NCBI GenBank assembly: GCA_051362555.1
Contig: CM120640.1
Span: 56,956,788-57,020,787 of the forward strand
DNA: 64,000 nucleotides
Reading direction: 5' to 3'
DNA from: Lingula anatina
Lineage: Eukaryota; Animalia; Brachiopoda
The position numbers were made by a program, and so were the translations under genes. Below the pieces are notes generated by a model. It was not told the DNA's origin and searched no databases. It worked only from the letters and a program-made list of their open reading frames with translations. Positions within the stretch are counted from its first letter, which is position 1. Each line of letters starts with the position of its first letter. Positions 25,446-39,052 of this stretch are shown one piece after another.

Positions 25446-27322
25446 AGAAGATCCGAGTATCAACTGGTCCAAGGCTCAAATATGGCTGACCCTACAAAAA
25501 GGAAGACCGCTTAATCCTGTAATGGTCTCTCCGCCTCTCACACGCCTCCCCTCCCCTATAACCTTCCCTAAGTCAAATATCTGTTTACTAGGAAATGGCG
25601 AATGGTGATTGGTAGAAGAGTGCCAAATTGCTAAATTGCTGATGCAATCTCTGCGGAATAAGTGTGTTGTGATATGCCAAAAGTCTCAACTAAAACAATT
25701 ACAAGATGTACATTGCCAGTAGAAAGATGAATCTCGCCTCGCTGATTTTGTCAGTGATAAGAGGTTTTGCAAACTACAAGTAAGAAAGCATTTAAATTAC
25801 ATTATGCAATCGTTTTCGAAGAGAGAGGACAATAACGACCACATAGAGCTACACCTAATTATTTAAGATACTGTGTACTTTAATTGTATGATACGTTTGT
25901 AAACTAATACAGGCCTACTGCAATGGAAAGGCAGCTATTCTGAACATTAAAAAAACATTTGCCCAGATTTTGAAGGCCAGTAACATAAAAAATGGATGCA
26001 GGGTCTTGCAAAAAAGGGGGGGGGAGGGACCAAGGATAATAGCTGTTTGCCTCGTTTCGCTCAAGGACAATTGCAGTTTTACTGTGTGGGACAAATTGTT
26101 TGGCCTTCGCCTCGTTTCGCTTTTATTGCTGAATGGGGGCGGGGGTATTGCCGCAGAAAATAAATTGGGGAGTGTACGCTGAGCTGGCCACGCTCATTAT
26201 CAACAGAAACATGTTCGCTTCAGAAAAAAAATTCAGCGATATCTTTTAACACTGTTATACTATGTGCACATTTTTGAAGAAACTGCTAAAAGAATCAATA
26301 AACCAGTCTCAAACTTTGCCGAGAAACCAATCTGCTTCACTTACGGAAACCATCGACATCAAAAGATTAGAACCTTTTTGTATCGTTGCTGTGCTTCATA
26401 ATACTTCTTCCTTATGCCTTTTACGATTTTCTTTTAATCCCAGTCTGGCACTCCAAGGTTTGTTTACGCGGTAAACTAAAGTGTGCAAAATTGAAGATAC
26501 ATTAGTTAACGAAGTTGAGCATATTTATGTCAAGAATTTAAGCGAAAATCGATAAAGTTTATTAAGAACTAACGAAAAAAATAGGTCAACTGTTCTGTTT
26601 TTTAATGAATGAAAGAAATGAACATAAAGTGAAAAGTGTTAAAATCCTTTACACAGGTGCATCTCGCGACAGTTGCCCTTCTCTTTTTTTCTGATTAAGT
26701 TGCAAGTGGTTATTTAAAGAAAATGACCGATAAGTGTCCTTGATAATCAAACGTAACCGCGAATGAACTCACCATTGACACTGAGAGTGTAGTCGATGGA
26801 CATTTGACCTCTGGTAACAGCTTACAATAACACTTCAAGCATTTGATGCTTAATCATTACAGCAGTCTATTTGCAACTAGGGTGAAAAATGGAATAAAAA
26901 CGAACGTGTCTATTTTAAAATACTGGCACTTAGCAACGACTGCAGTGTGGCAACCTTTTCCCTTGTTTTGATATGGGCACAAAAATGCATAAGTAGATAT
27001 CCAGATAGGCTTTTTTATTTCCCATGAAAGTTAAAGGGGTTTTCGCGTAATTCTACTCGGTGCTTTCGAATTTTGTTAAACGGTGTATTTGATTTATTTA
27101 AATATTTCATCACTCCCATTTTAAAAAGTTTTGCGTAAAAGTTCAAAAACCAAAACATACATACAGATTTCTTCTGACAGTGCGTTATTTGTGAAAGAAA
27201 CACATTCTAGTCACAATCGTGCACCTATCAATGCAATGGTTGTGTTTTGCTCGAACATATTCATAAAGGACTGGTTTTATCATCACACATTTGTAGCTAC
27301 ATGTATATGCTTAGATGTATTA

Positions 27323-27609
27323 GATCGCATTCACAACGAGTTGAGCCAGGCTTTACAAATCCTGGGGACTAAATATGGCGGTCGTACATGAATCTTTTAA
27401 TAGTCTCTCCGCCTCTCACACGCCTCCCCACACGTCGTCCCTGCGGGGGGACAGTCATTAAATCTCGGCTCCATTGGGACGACACATGGGGAGGCGTGTG
27501 AGAGGCGGAGAGACTATTAAAAGATTAGGCGGTTTTTCTTTCATGTACGTCCGCCATATTTAGTCCCCAGGATTTGTAAAGCCTGGCTCAACTCGTTGTG
27601 AATGCGATC
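27323..27609. mobile_element. Near-perfect palindromic MITE (PIF/Harbinger, Tourist-like)
   Basis: ~115-bp inverted arms GATCGCATTCACAACGAG...CTCGTTGTGAATGCGATC flanked by TTA on both sides. A partial relative lies at ~25478-25555. Confidence 0.9.
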
Positions 27610-30413
27610 TTACACTATTTCTTATTAGATTTTGCCTGGTAACGTGCAGGTGTAAGTCCTCCAATGTCTTGAGCCAAATATCGCCGTTTTTTTATCCAAC
27701 CCATGATTAAACCATGTTGTAGGTTAATGTTTGGGTACAAGTGCTGATGCATTAAAAAAGAAAAATAAATAAAAAAGAAAAGAATGTATTTGTTTGCTCA
27801 AAACGTGGGGATAGTATTTTTTTCCGCTCTCGGTTTGCTCTTCACATCAGTCTCTAGTTTTCACGTGAAAAGTACTTTTTAAAACGTGTTCAATAATAAC
27901 TTTTTACCTTGAAACGTAAAAACGACGTGAAAAGAGATGAAAATCTCTGAATGAAAAACGCATTTGGAGTCAAATTGAACAAGTCGTACATCATCGATAT
28001 CCGAACACACCCCGACTCGTCAACCCCCGCCACCCGGTTTATGGTTGGTTTGACGATAAAACAACAGGAGATTCAGTTAAGAAATATCGTCTAAGTATGT
28101 AGGTCACTCAAGTTCGTCGTTCTCATGATTAAAGTTGCGTATGACAGGCACTCATCTCGTCTCAAATATTATACAAATAAAATGTGTCTTCCTGTTGGCG
28201 TCATTATTTCTCCTTGAATGTCCGATAATCGATACAATAAGGCTTCTAAGTGCTCACACATAAATAGAATGATAGATGAGAAGCTTTAAACGATTCAAGT
28301 GAATCTTATCTTTGCATGCTTTAAACCTATGAGTTTACGGCAGGACGTGTATTTTGCGCAGAGTCAGTTTCTGTTGATTTACTTGGGTCGTATCTACAGA
28401 ACTAACAGAAGATATCGTTGTCATTTCTCTTTTTTCTTTTTAATTCATGTATTTATCATCATTATCTTTTGTCTAAACAAACAGCGCCATTAGAGGAAAT
28501 TTTTTTAGTTTATAAAAATATTTCTAAAAATTAAAGGTAGATAAGTGACCGAAAAGGGCACGAGCTGAGCCAAAGACGAAAAAGAAAACGGGTTTAACAG
28601 CACATAAGATGACATATTTGACACTTATCTATGTTGAGAGAGTCAAAGCCTTAAAAAATAATAAGTTAAAAATGCCCTTTCTTGAATATTCGGGGGCGGG
28701 GTGGGTGGGGCATCCGTGCATTCTCCAAAAATTTCCGCCAGACAACATTTCTTTTATCAAACTCCTCGTGATTTATGCTAGGCATTGAAATTAAAATTCT
28801 GCTGATTGTCAAAAGAAGGACAATGAATATCATAGTTTACACAAAGGCAGTGATTACTACGAACCCTGGTAGTGCGCGCCACAAACTATTTGATCTTCAT
28901 CACACCTTTATCTACATTTCGCAAATCCACTTACTCATACTCAATAACTAACTTAAGCAGCTTATGCACTTTCTAATTGACCGCAAATTCAGGACATAAA
29001 AACCTTGGAAATTGTAGAGTTTGGTTTTTATATCTTTTTGCTGAATCCACATTTCAGTTTCATCATTTGGTAAAACTAGTTACTCATCTTCTGCTTGAAT
29101 TTGAGGTGAATTTCTTCAAGTTAATGTGAACCTGAAGTATCAGTGCCATGTGCTATAAGAATGATTGTCTAGGAAAGCTACATTTAGTTCTTTTTTCACA
29201 ACTTCATGGTAAACCACACCTAAAACTTTATTTGCCAAAAAAAAAAAAAAAATAATAAAAATAATAATAATAATAAATAAATAAATAAAAAACGTATCTG
29301 AACGCCGGGTCTCAGACAAGAATTTTACTGCAACAGGTGGTAGGCGTGTGTAGAATTCTCCCCTCCCGCCGAGATTTGAGTGCTTTGGCTAAGGCTGTGC
29401 TCCGTTACGTGGCCTAGGTTGTTGCTTCCGCCTAGGCTAGTTTAGTACAATGTAGAAACGTGTTCAGATAGGGAAGTGTGGAGTGAACATCAAACGATCT
29501 AAATGACAATTGTAATCGTCTACGTGGTTATACTGTATATACAGTATCTATATATGGTATGGGCGTGGCGTCACTCGAACGTTTACCTTGCCGACCGTTG
29601 TGCTCAGACTGTTTTCTTAGAGCATAATAAATAAAACTTCTTTTTGCTAAGTCAGGATACGTTTTTCTTGTCTGCGCGGTTTGAAGAAAATTTAGTCACA
29701 CAAGAATTTTGATTTTATTGAGTAATAGCGAAAACGATAGAGACACTACAGTGCACTAACCTCGCAGCAAACATTCTTCTGTTATTCAAAAACCATCTTC
29801 ATTATAATCGATTATGTGTAAAACTGCCATCAATAATTATCATATATATTACGATTAACGGTAAATAAAAGTGACAATAAGCCAAAAGGATGACTTTTAA
29901 CCACAGTCCAATTTTCCCATGACAGTTTGATCGCAAGGACGGTTTATTCGCGTGACACATTGCAAAACTTGTGATGAAAATTATAGAGACGAAGCCATCA
30001 AAATTTACATTTAAACAATTTCAAATATGAACACACCATGACATAAGAAAAAAGGATTTACACGGCACCCGGCTCGCGCAGCGTAGAAAATCAACCGCAT
30101 ACCATTCGCATCCGGCGACTCATTGACAAACCTCGACATTAATTCCCTCTTGATTTTTTTCCATAATTATTCTGACATGAGGCGGCTAGTACTTAAGCGT
30201 AATCTCTAGGCGGTCTTGTGGCATTTGATCGTAACGCTCCAGGGAGAGTGTGTCCTTTAGACAGGAGATATTATTGAGAGATTGTGTTCGACGAACTTTA
30301 AAATACCTGTGGAAGACCTCGCCAACTACATATTACTGTTATTAATTGACGATCGACAGTTAAACCACCTGAATGAACTGAACACCATTCTTTGATCATT
30401 GGAGACAAATAAT

Positions 30414-31664
30414 ATGTATCAAGTAAGTAAGATGGAACCGCTTTTTGACTTTCATTAGATACCTTGGGTTCTACTTTTCTACTTTAACTGGTTGGTTTTT
30501 ATCAGTTCCTATACGTTCTAATACATGTATATTGGTGGCCCGATAATATATATATAGGCCTATATTAAATGTTAAAACTTTTTTTAGCAGGGAAATAGAA
30601 TTTCAGACTAACGGAACTGCTGTGTCGTGTTTGCTTTTATTTTTATGCAACATAATTGTTATTGTTTTTTTATAATAAAGCATTGAAATATTTTAAAACA
30701 TTTGCCCTTAAATGAAGGGAAAGCTATCACGCACTTCACAAACGAATATGAAATGTGTTTGTGAACATCAAGACGTCTTATAATCACATCAAATGACAAC
30801 TAATGGTATTTATGCAAAATCATTTGCTAAGTATGCAGCCAGAGTAGAAAAAACACTGAGCATAGATCTGCCTGTTTATTTGTCTATCAGCTCATTCAAG
30901 AAGTGACGAATGGCTTTCTTCTGATTCTATCATCTTAACCAAGTTAAATATCGACTGAAAATGTCAAAACCTACTAGACATGATTATTTGTAAGCGCCTT
31001 CGGTAATTAGCAACCGAACACAAAGCGATACATCACCAAGACATGTAAAGCACAAGATGTTTCATGTAGCATGCCAAAAACTTATTATAACAATTTACTA
31101 TTTTTTACTTGTCTTTAGCTCAGTGTGTTCCATTGTTTAATTTAATGTCCAAGAAAACTTTTTAAAATGCATCCGGCACAATGAAAGAATTCCTTTAACA
31201 AAAAACGTTATCCTTGGTCTGAAGTACAACACTTTATATTCATGGTTACCTGAAAATGTATTTCTTTAATTTGCTCTTTTATTTCATTCCAGAATCTAAA
31301 GTTTCAAGGTAACATTTTTGTCGTGACATTGGTCTTTGCGTTCCTGATCGGCGAAACTATTGGCGGACTTATTCAACGGCATAAACTGCACATACAGGAG
31401 CCCACGCAAATGGAAAATAAGGCAAAAGACATTTCTGATAACGATAACATGTCTCACAGGCTACGCGTCAAAAGATACGGCGAAACCGATGAGGATGACA
31501 TGTGGTCAACCCTGTGCCTAGGCCTGTGCGCGGCTGAGTGTCAAAAATACAGTGTTCGTAACATAGCATATTGCGAAAGCTCTTGTTTAGACAACATTCG
31601 TCGTGACCCTTGGTATGGTTTTGACACGTTTGCCTCGAAAGTTGAAACGTACTGCCTGAACTGA
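30414..31664 (+). CDS. Secreted six-cysteine prepropeptide P1 (eclosion-hormone-like), 126 aa
   Basis: Micro-exon ATG TAT CAA|GTAAGT (30414-30422) plus exon 31293-31664. Signal MYQNLKFQGNIFVVTLVFAFLIGETIG, a propeptide, convertase site RVKR, then CLGLCAAEC-x10-CESSC-x22-C containing FDTFA. AATAAA at 32103. Confidence 0.88.
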
Positions 31665-32567
31665 GTTTTAGTGACAGCATTGGTAGCACCATTGTTTGAC
31701 CTGTAACATGAATGTGATTGGAAATAATTGTCAATTCATTTGGGGTTATTACATTAAGATTCCAATCAAGTCATCCCATATGACCAATTGAAAAATCAAT
31801 GAAGTTGTCAGTTCCTAGAACGCAACCACGCTAAAATCATCACAGAGGATAAAAAAACGACGAAATACAGATACTGTCACTGTCAGCTCTAGGTTATTGT
31901 AGCGCCATGATGCACACCAATACAGTCTAGATATAATTTGCTGACTAACATCTGTGAAATATATGAGTTCTGGATATCTACTTAAATGTACTTTCTGTGA
32001 TATACCGTTTCTGAAACTCAGAGCGTGTCTCGATTTAGACAAAATATTTATTTGTATATATTTGATGTACAGGTAAAAATATGATGATGTTCATAAAAGT
32101 ACAATAAATTAATTAAATTGTTTTTGAAAAAGACGTTTTTGATCGGTTTAAAACAGTGCAGATTCAAATTAACTTAGTCCAAAAAATAACCAGTGAAGTT
32201 TTATTCCTCTTTGAAATGTTAAGATTCGTAGGGGAAGGTAGAGCATACGGGTAATTAAAGATGTGTTGAAACTGCCTTTATTTTGATATACGTTTAAGAT
32301 GATTCAGGTTCTTTGAGCTAAAAATACATTTTGCAATTTAGACTTATCAATGTCATCGTCAAATTGCGTTATTAATGGATGACCGTCTCGGCATGTGCAT
32401 GGAATGATGGCGTAGAAGACCATGCCTTATTAGAGTAAGAAGAATGTTACAGGAATTCAGTTCGGAGTTAGTAGGCTGTTAGATGAACGTTTACAATTAA
32501 AATAACTATAATCATCACTATATGCCACAAGTCGGGTTTTCTGTGTTACAGTGCTTACACTGGGCAA

Positions 32568-32569
<2 letters not shown>

Positions 32570-32598
<29 letters not shown>

Positions 32599-32670
32599 AC
32601 TGATTTGTGAATGAGGTCGAAAAATCGGTTGAGCACATCTCTCTCTCTTTCTCTCCTCTCTCTCTCTCTA
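32570..32670. repeat. (CA)n and imperfect (CT)n microsatellites
   Basis: Directly visible. Confidence 0.9.
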
Positions 32671-35600
32671 AAATATCAAAGCATATGAAGTTCATGATTG
32701 AAAAGAATTCGCAGCTCGCACATTCCGGAGCAAGGCAAATGCCTTTCCATTCATAAAACCGCTTTTCGGCATTCTAATTTTAGGACGCTACGCTAGATTT
32801 AGAAATCTCTTTAAGATGTCAAATACAGAAGGGTATTACCTAGATTTATGGTTTGTTGATGTATTTGTAACATTTCATAGGTGCAGTTTTCAGGATGATG
32901 TGTTTATTTTAGTTATTTAGATTGAAAAAACATTATGAATTTTTTCAATGACTCGTCCTCAAATAACATTCATGTTTCAGTGGATATCGTAAAAGGTGTT
33001 TTGTTTTGTTTTATATCTTACCATTTCTATTGGGATAGTACACGAGCACTATTGATTTGATACGGAAAATATCCAGATGAAAAATGTTTGTGAGGGAAAA
33101 TTAAGACTTTTTATTTTAAAGATATCCCTTAAATTGCCAAGTCGCACTTAATTCGGCAGATAACGTGGACCTCGTGGTTTTTCTAACCACACGCGAACAT
33201 ACATCAAATATCACCAATACAGTGTATGTGTGTGGTATGTGAAGATAGTAAAGCATGTATGTATTTATGCTCTGTTTTATTTTTCTGTTTCCTACGTTAA
33301 AGCACTTCAAGTATAAAAATAAATTGCGTATTGGCTTAAAAAAATTTAGGAATAGATTTCATAGGAAACAACACTCAACATTTGGTATGGTATGGTAAAT
33401 GGTAAAGTGATATCCATCATCGAAAACACGACGCCAACTGCTACAATATTTGATCTAAGCTACGACAAACAAAGAAGAATTTGAGACAGACGCGGAAAAA
33501 CTGGGTAAAATGCATTCTCTTCAAATTGAAAACTAAACTTTTTTTGACTACTCGGTTCATAGTCGACCTTGTCACCTTTAATTATGCATCTGGATAATTA
33601 CAATTGCAACAGAGCGAAGAAAAAAAGGAACACATTGCAATATCGTCATCAACATTTTTAAAAATTTGTGAAATGCCTGTTGTTGATGTCCGTGCTGATA
33701 TTTGCAAATCGCTCGATAAATCTACAAACTATTCCAAATATTCTAAACATTTATAACTGGAAACAAACGAGTTGTATACTAATCTGTGAAATCCTTGTGT
33801 GAAAGAACGTCACAACGTCTGGGCCCCAGCAGGTACCCGATTCCCTCACAAATGGCACTGTTCAGAGAAATATACCTAAAAGCATAATCAGCAGGTGTGT
33901 CTTGAAAAATGCGTAAATATTTTGACCGTTAAAAAAGTTGAACTGAAACCTGGGCCATGACACACCGTCACGCTCTGTGTTAGGAAAGCATTTTCACTGT
34001 GTCCCGATTGTAATCATAAGAGAACATGGGGCGTAGTGGCGTGTCACCAGCAATGTGGGGGGCACGTAAAAAAATTCAGTGAGTTGGTTAAGTGCGTTGG
34101 TCAAAAATATTCAAAACAATAATAGCAGCGCGTTTTTTTTTTTCTTTTTTGTTGTTGTATGAAAATCATCGGAGGATAGCCAAAGCAACTAAGTATATTA
34201 ATCTTAAAAAAAACATTAATGATAAAACATAGACTATTAATTGCACCAAAAAAACATCGAAAAAAGTTCAGTGGCGCAAAAAAAAAAAATAATAATAATA
34301 AAATGCACTGAACGCCAGAAGTGTATTTTTAGATTTTTGATATAGACATGAACTTTCAGGAGTTTAATTTCATCATACAGAAATGTACGTTTTTTTCAGA
34401 TTACGAATGTTTGCATGTACATTTCAGATATTGCCTTCCCAACACCGCTGCCCAAGCAGCATTCTCTAAATGCTGTTAATGTGTACCGAACAAATAAGTA
34501 ACACCAAGAAAGGTGTGCAATCGGTGTTTTATTTTAGAACTGACGTAAGTCTCAAATACCGATGTTCACGTTCAACGGAGAGTAAGTTGGGTACTGATTG
34601 ACATGTTTGCCCCCAGTACTGTTTAATTACTTCACACATGCCCTGCCCTTTTCTGCCGCCTCTGGAACCTGATGTGAAAATATCCAAAAAATCGTCTCAT
34701 CCTTCCTTGCCCTGACCGTCTAGCACAATCTTTTTCTTTGAAAGACCAAAGAGATTTCTTATAGATACAGAAAACAGTTATATTTTCGATAACCACGTGA
34801 TATGTAGAACAGAATACATTTGTTTACCTTTCCCCTGAAGTCTGAAAACTATATAACGTAAACCTTCTCAATTTTTAAAAGTTGATTATCATAAACCTTG
34901 AAATTGCAGAAGTTGTCTTTCCAAAAAGTTATTTTCAAAATTAAAATTATATTAAATTAAAACCGTTTTCAACAAATTCAAAGCTGTTAATATGCACGAT
35001 TGATGTTATAAGTTAATGATTTAGATGTTCTCTTCTGAAAGTACATTAGTATGTGTGTGTCTGGTAGGAAGCTGTTTCAAACTACCGGCAAAGATAGCGT
35101 AAGCGGACCTAGCCTCTGCGCATGCGGCTCGTCAAGAGATGTTGATACGCTGTTGAAGAGAGATTTAACGCTTCATGAAGTGACTTAAAGATCACTGAAA
35201 AGCTAATCGCCATGTCTTTATTTTTATCAAAAGTCTTTAGCTCAAGGGTAGAATTAATTACTTTTGCTGTATATAGTATTGAGTCTATGCAGTGCAAACA
35301 TTTTGCAACTTTTTTTCTAGTTTCAACCACTTTTCCGGTTGTTTAATTTCAGTAAGTTATGGGCCAGACTTCCTCTGATCCAAATCGACTATTTGTCGGG
35401 TAAACGGGGCGAGGTTACATTAGATTCGTTCCTTCACGCGATTCTTATTTTTAATGAAAATTCGAGAAAGAGATGAAAACGACTGACCGTTTTCTTCTTA
35501 CGTGTCGGACACATACAGTATGTTATTTAGTAGGCCCCTATCGATTAAAAAGATTAATTGTTTTGTAAAAATATTTATTTACATCTGTTGCAACAAATCA

Positions 35601-35931
35601 ATCTGTGTGATATTGGGCAAATCGACTAAAGGCACAAGGGGCGATTATCTAAAAAATTAGACAGCCTTGCTTACAACATTATACATATATATATGGAATA
35701 CTTTGAGAGAAAAGCATCGAATACGATGTAAAAGTCCGTGGAGTGAAAAAATTCTGTCAGACTTGAATATAGTCTTTTTCACCTACTTTAATTTTTAAGA
35801 ACGTCATCTCCAGTCAACATTGTAAATTATTTCTCGATATCAAATCATGGGTGAAAATAGACAGATTTTGTTCTCTATGATATGATGGGGCGTCTCGAGT
35901 GCTGCCCAATCACTGTAAGAACGTCGATTTA

Positions 35932-36165
35932 GGGACCATTCCCACAGATATTTGGATCGATCTATCTCCCTGGGGAGTCTCACTAAATTGCTACCACGCC
36001 TTAAATGTCTGTCACGCCTAGTAAGCTGTTAGGGGATAATTATCTTTATACCCTAGCTGATTCGGTAGGCGTGACAGACATTTAAGCCGTCAAGTTGATA
36101 GCAATTTAGTGAGACTCCCCAGTGAGTTAGACCGATCCAGATGGATCGATCTAGGCATGGGAACC
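35932..36165. mobile_element. Palindromic MITE family 1, copy 4
   Basis: CATTCCCACAGATATTTGGATCGATCT..GGGGAGTCTCACTAAATTGCTA / TAGCAATTTAGTGAGACTCCCC..GATCGATCTAGGCATGGGAA. Confidence 0.85.
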
Positions 36166-37652
36166 CAGTCTAAAGGTCGACCATGAATCGAGTAGCCATA
36201 AAAAGTTTCTTTCCAACTCTGGCTTGTTCTTGAAGGGAGTTCGTTTTTTAACACAGCCTTTCCGGGTGTGACGCACACTCCTCTTTGTTGGTCGTAACTG
36301 AGAGAGGAAATAGTTCAATGCTTTGTGGTTGGAGGTAGCCAGACTGCAGCATATAACTGATAAATCATAAATTATTCTGTCGAAATCAATAATCTGTCTA
36401 TCATAATAATGAATCCCATGGCGCAACTAACGCAAAATAAAATGAGAGTACGACTGGAAGTATTGTACAGATTTGATGAATTGCTTCCCGTAAAATGCGG
36501 TAGTTGTTCCTTATAAGACAATAATGCACTTAAGACGATAATGCCCGGAAAAGCCATGACTTAACTTAATTTCTCTCTCTTCCCGCAAAAGATGAGCCGT
36601 CTCAACTTTCTGTAACAATCTGAACGAAAATCAAAGGCAATTTTTAGTACACAGAACTCGTGGCATTCAGCTCACTCCATATGACATTAGTGCCTGTAAT
36701 GCGGAGAAAATATAGTGCCGTATGAAGCTAAATTTGATTTTTAAAAATTTAAGTGGTGGATATGAACTGTTTAAAATTGTTTCAGATTCCCAACCATACC
36801 ATGGTTGACGTCCATATTGAGGAGTGCTGGAACAGTCGTTAGTGGGAGGTTAAAAAGAGGAAATGAACAGAACCGAGCCATCTTTCGTCAAATTCTAGTT
36901 TACCAACCTGGCATACACCACAGATGCCTTGTTTAATGTATTATGACGCTTGCTTTTCGGTTATAAAGTATGGGTCCTATCTTTACTCCCCCACCCCGTA
37001 AAAAAACCAAAATTGGCTTTCACGTGTAATGTTGTATAGCCTATAGCTCTTTGGGCTTTCAAATCAATTGATATGCAAGGTTTTTATTAATGGAATAATG
37101 TAAATGGGATTTTAGTGTAATCTGGTTCAATACATTTTAGGGACCACTTCAAGGACTAACAATTAGATTTACCACATAATTACTTTCACCAGTAAGGGAC
37201 ATAAAACCCACTCGCTCAACTTAAAAAGCTGTAAAATTACGCCCTCAGCCTCAAGTTACTTTATGGTGTACATAAATCGGAGGGGCTTGTATTCCAAACA
37301 TTAAGCGCTAATTGGCAAAATAAAGTGGTATAATTAAACAAACTGAAGGAAACGAAACCATTGCTGATATATCCGGAAGTATCTGTACTCCCTTTAATCT
37401 TGTCCACTCCCACATATTCTGAGGCAATAAATACTTTGGGAGATGCGCTCAGAAAATATCGTCAAGGAGGAATAGGTACTTTAGACACATTTTGATCAGT
37501 AAGTTTGAGCCCAGTTTTAAAGTGCCTTCAGAAATATATCTATTCTTTTTATTTCAAAGACGTGCAAATGCGCTCATATCATATCTTTTTCCTCTTTAAG
37601 TCTAGCAGAAGAGGAAGATTGTTGACTACCAGATGCAAAAATACTCTACGAG

Positions 37653-39052
37653 ATGAGAAGTATAAATTCGGTGAGTGTGAATTTCTAGAGAAATTATGTA
37701 AGTACCTGGTGTAAAAAAACATTGTCTTGATGTTGTTTTAAATAGATATATATGTGCCTCCTGTTAATAAGGGAAATTACTACCCAGACTTAAAAACATA
37801 CGTTTCTACGGGAAGTATAAATTAAAGTAATGCATATAACCGTCTGCTTGACTTGTGTAAGTTCGAAAAAAATGACCAATGAGTGTATTGGGAATAATTT
37901 CTAAAGCCGGAATACAATAAATCTATGTTCTCCATTAACCTGAAAACTAGCAACGAGCCCCGAAAAAAATTCTGATTTGAATACTTTTGCACCAAAAACT
38001 TGCCAATATATCACGGTAGCGTTACACAATTTATCCCTGTCTTTAAAGTAAAATCACAATCACGGAAGAGAAGCTAAAATTAGAAACAAAAGTCTCTATA
38101 GAGTAATAAATTTAAATAATGAATGTAGTTTGGCCTCATTCTTTCCATTTGGCTCTATTGATCTCTTCCACCAAAAACAGTCACAACACCTAAGATAATT
38201 TCGTCAAAGCCAATCCCTGGTCCGAGCGTTATGTGGCCTTCCGGCCTGGAGAATGTATCCATGTTCAGGGCAACTATAACAAATAATGTAGTCCCTGTAT
38301 TTAGTTTTATTGATCTTCCTTTTATGTCGGACAGATACATGTATACACTTACTAACAGATTTACGGCACAGGAATCAGTACGATTCCCTATAAAAACTGG
38401 GCCTCTAAAGTAGACAGAGAGGGAGAGACCCCGAGAGATCGTCACGACTGTTCCTGCCTGCGTGCCAGGCCGTATGTGAGAAATATAGAGTACTTGAAAC
38501 ACAATGTTATCTGCTGCGTTTATTTAAGTCGCCGTTCTCTTCAAAAATTAGTAAACAACCGAGGGTACACCAACTACCCCTTAATTCAGGGACTTTTGAC
38601 TTACTATAATACATGTACAAGTATTTTCACACACGTGGTTTTTATATCTTTGATTGACAGGCTTTCATACTGCTTGTTAATTTAAATGGTTTTTCATCAA
38701 AAATTTAATAAAACCATTTATTTTTATCCAGAGACCTGTGTCCCTGAAGTCCAGCCTCATCCTAACACCATCAACATATGTCCTCTTCTTGATGCTCTAT
38801 GTAAGCTGTGATCTGCGTGACAATGGCGGCACAGCAGCAGAGACGCCAAGACGGCACAGTGAGTCTTCATTTCGCTCGGACCAGTACGCCCACTTAATAG
38901 CCCTCGCTTGCCAAGGGCTTTGCTATGAGTGCTATATGCACGGGATTTACAACCTGACTCACTGTACAACAACATGTAAGACATGGGCAGGTATTTCATT
39001 TGATGGATTTGACACATTTGCCGTAGATGTGACAAAGCACTGTTCTGCGTGA
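37653..39052 (+). CDS. Secreted six-cysteine prepropeptide P2 (eclosion-hormone-like)
   Basis: Main exon 38732-39052 follows a good acceptor (TTTTTATCCAG). It encodes hydrophobic TYVLFLMLYVSC, a PRR site, and CQGLCYEC-x10-CTTTC-x21-C containing FDTFA. The first coding exon is tentative: ATG AGA AGT ATA AAT TCG|GTGAGT at 37653-37670 (phase 0). AATAAA at 39312. Confidence 0.8.

Noticed and set aside
31500-31664. Assignment of P1-P3 to the CHH/ITP family
   Set aside because: CHH has a long gap (~15 residues) between Cys1 and Cys2. Here it is C-x3-C, which fits EH-type spacing better.
31468-31734. Antisense ORFs over P1 and P2 (also 38757-39089) and over 10418-11256
   Set aside because: Shadow frames of real coding exons, with no independent splice or homology support.
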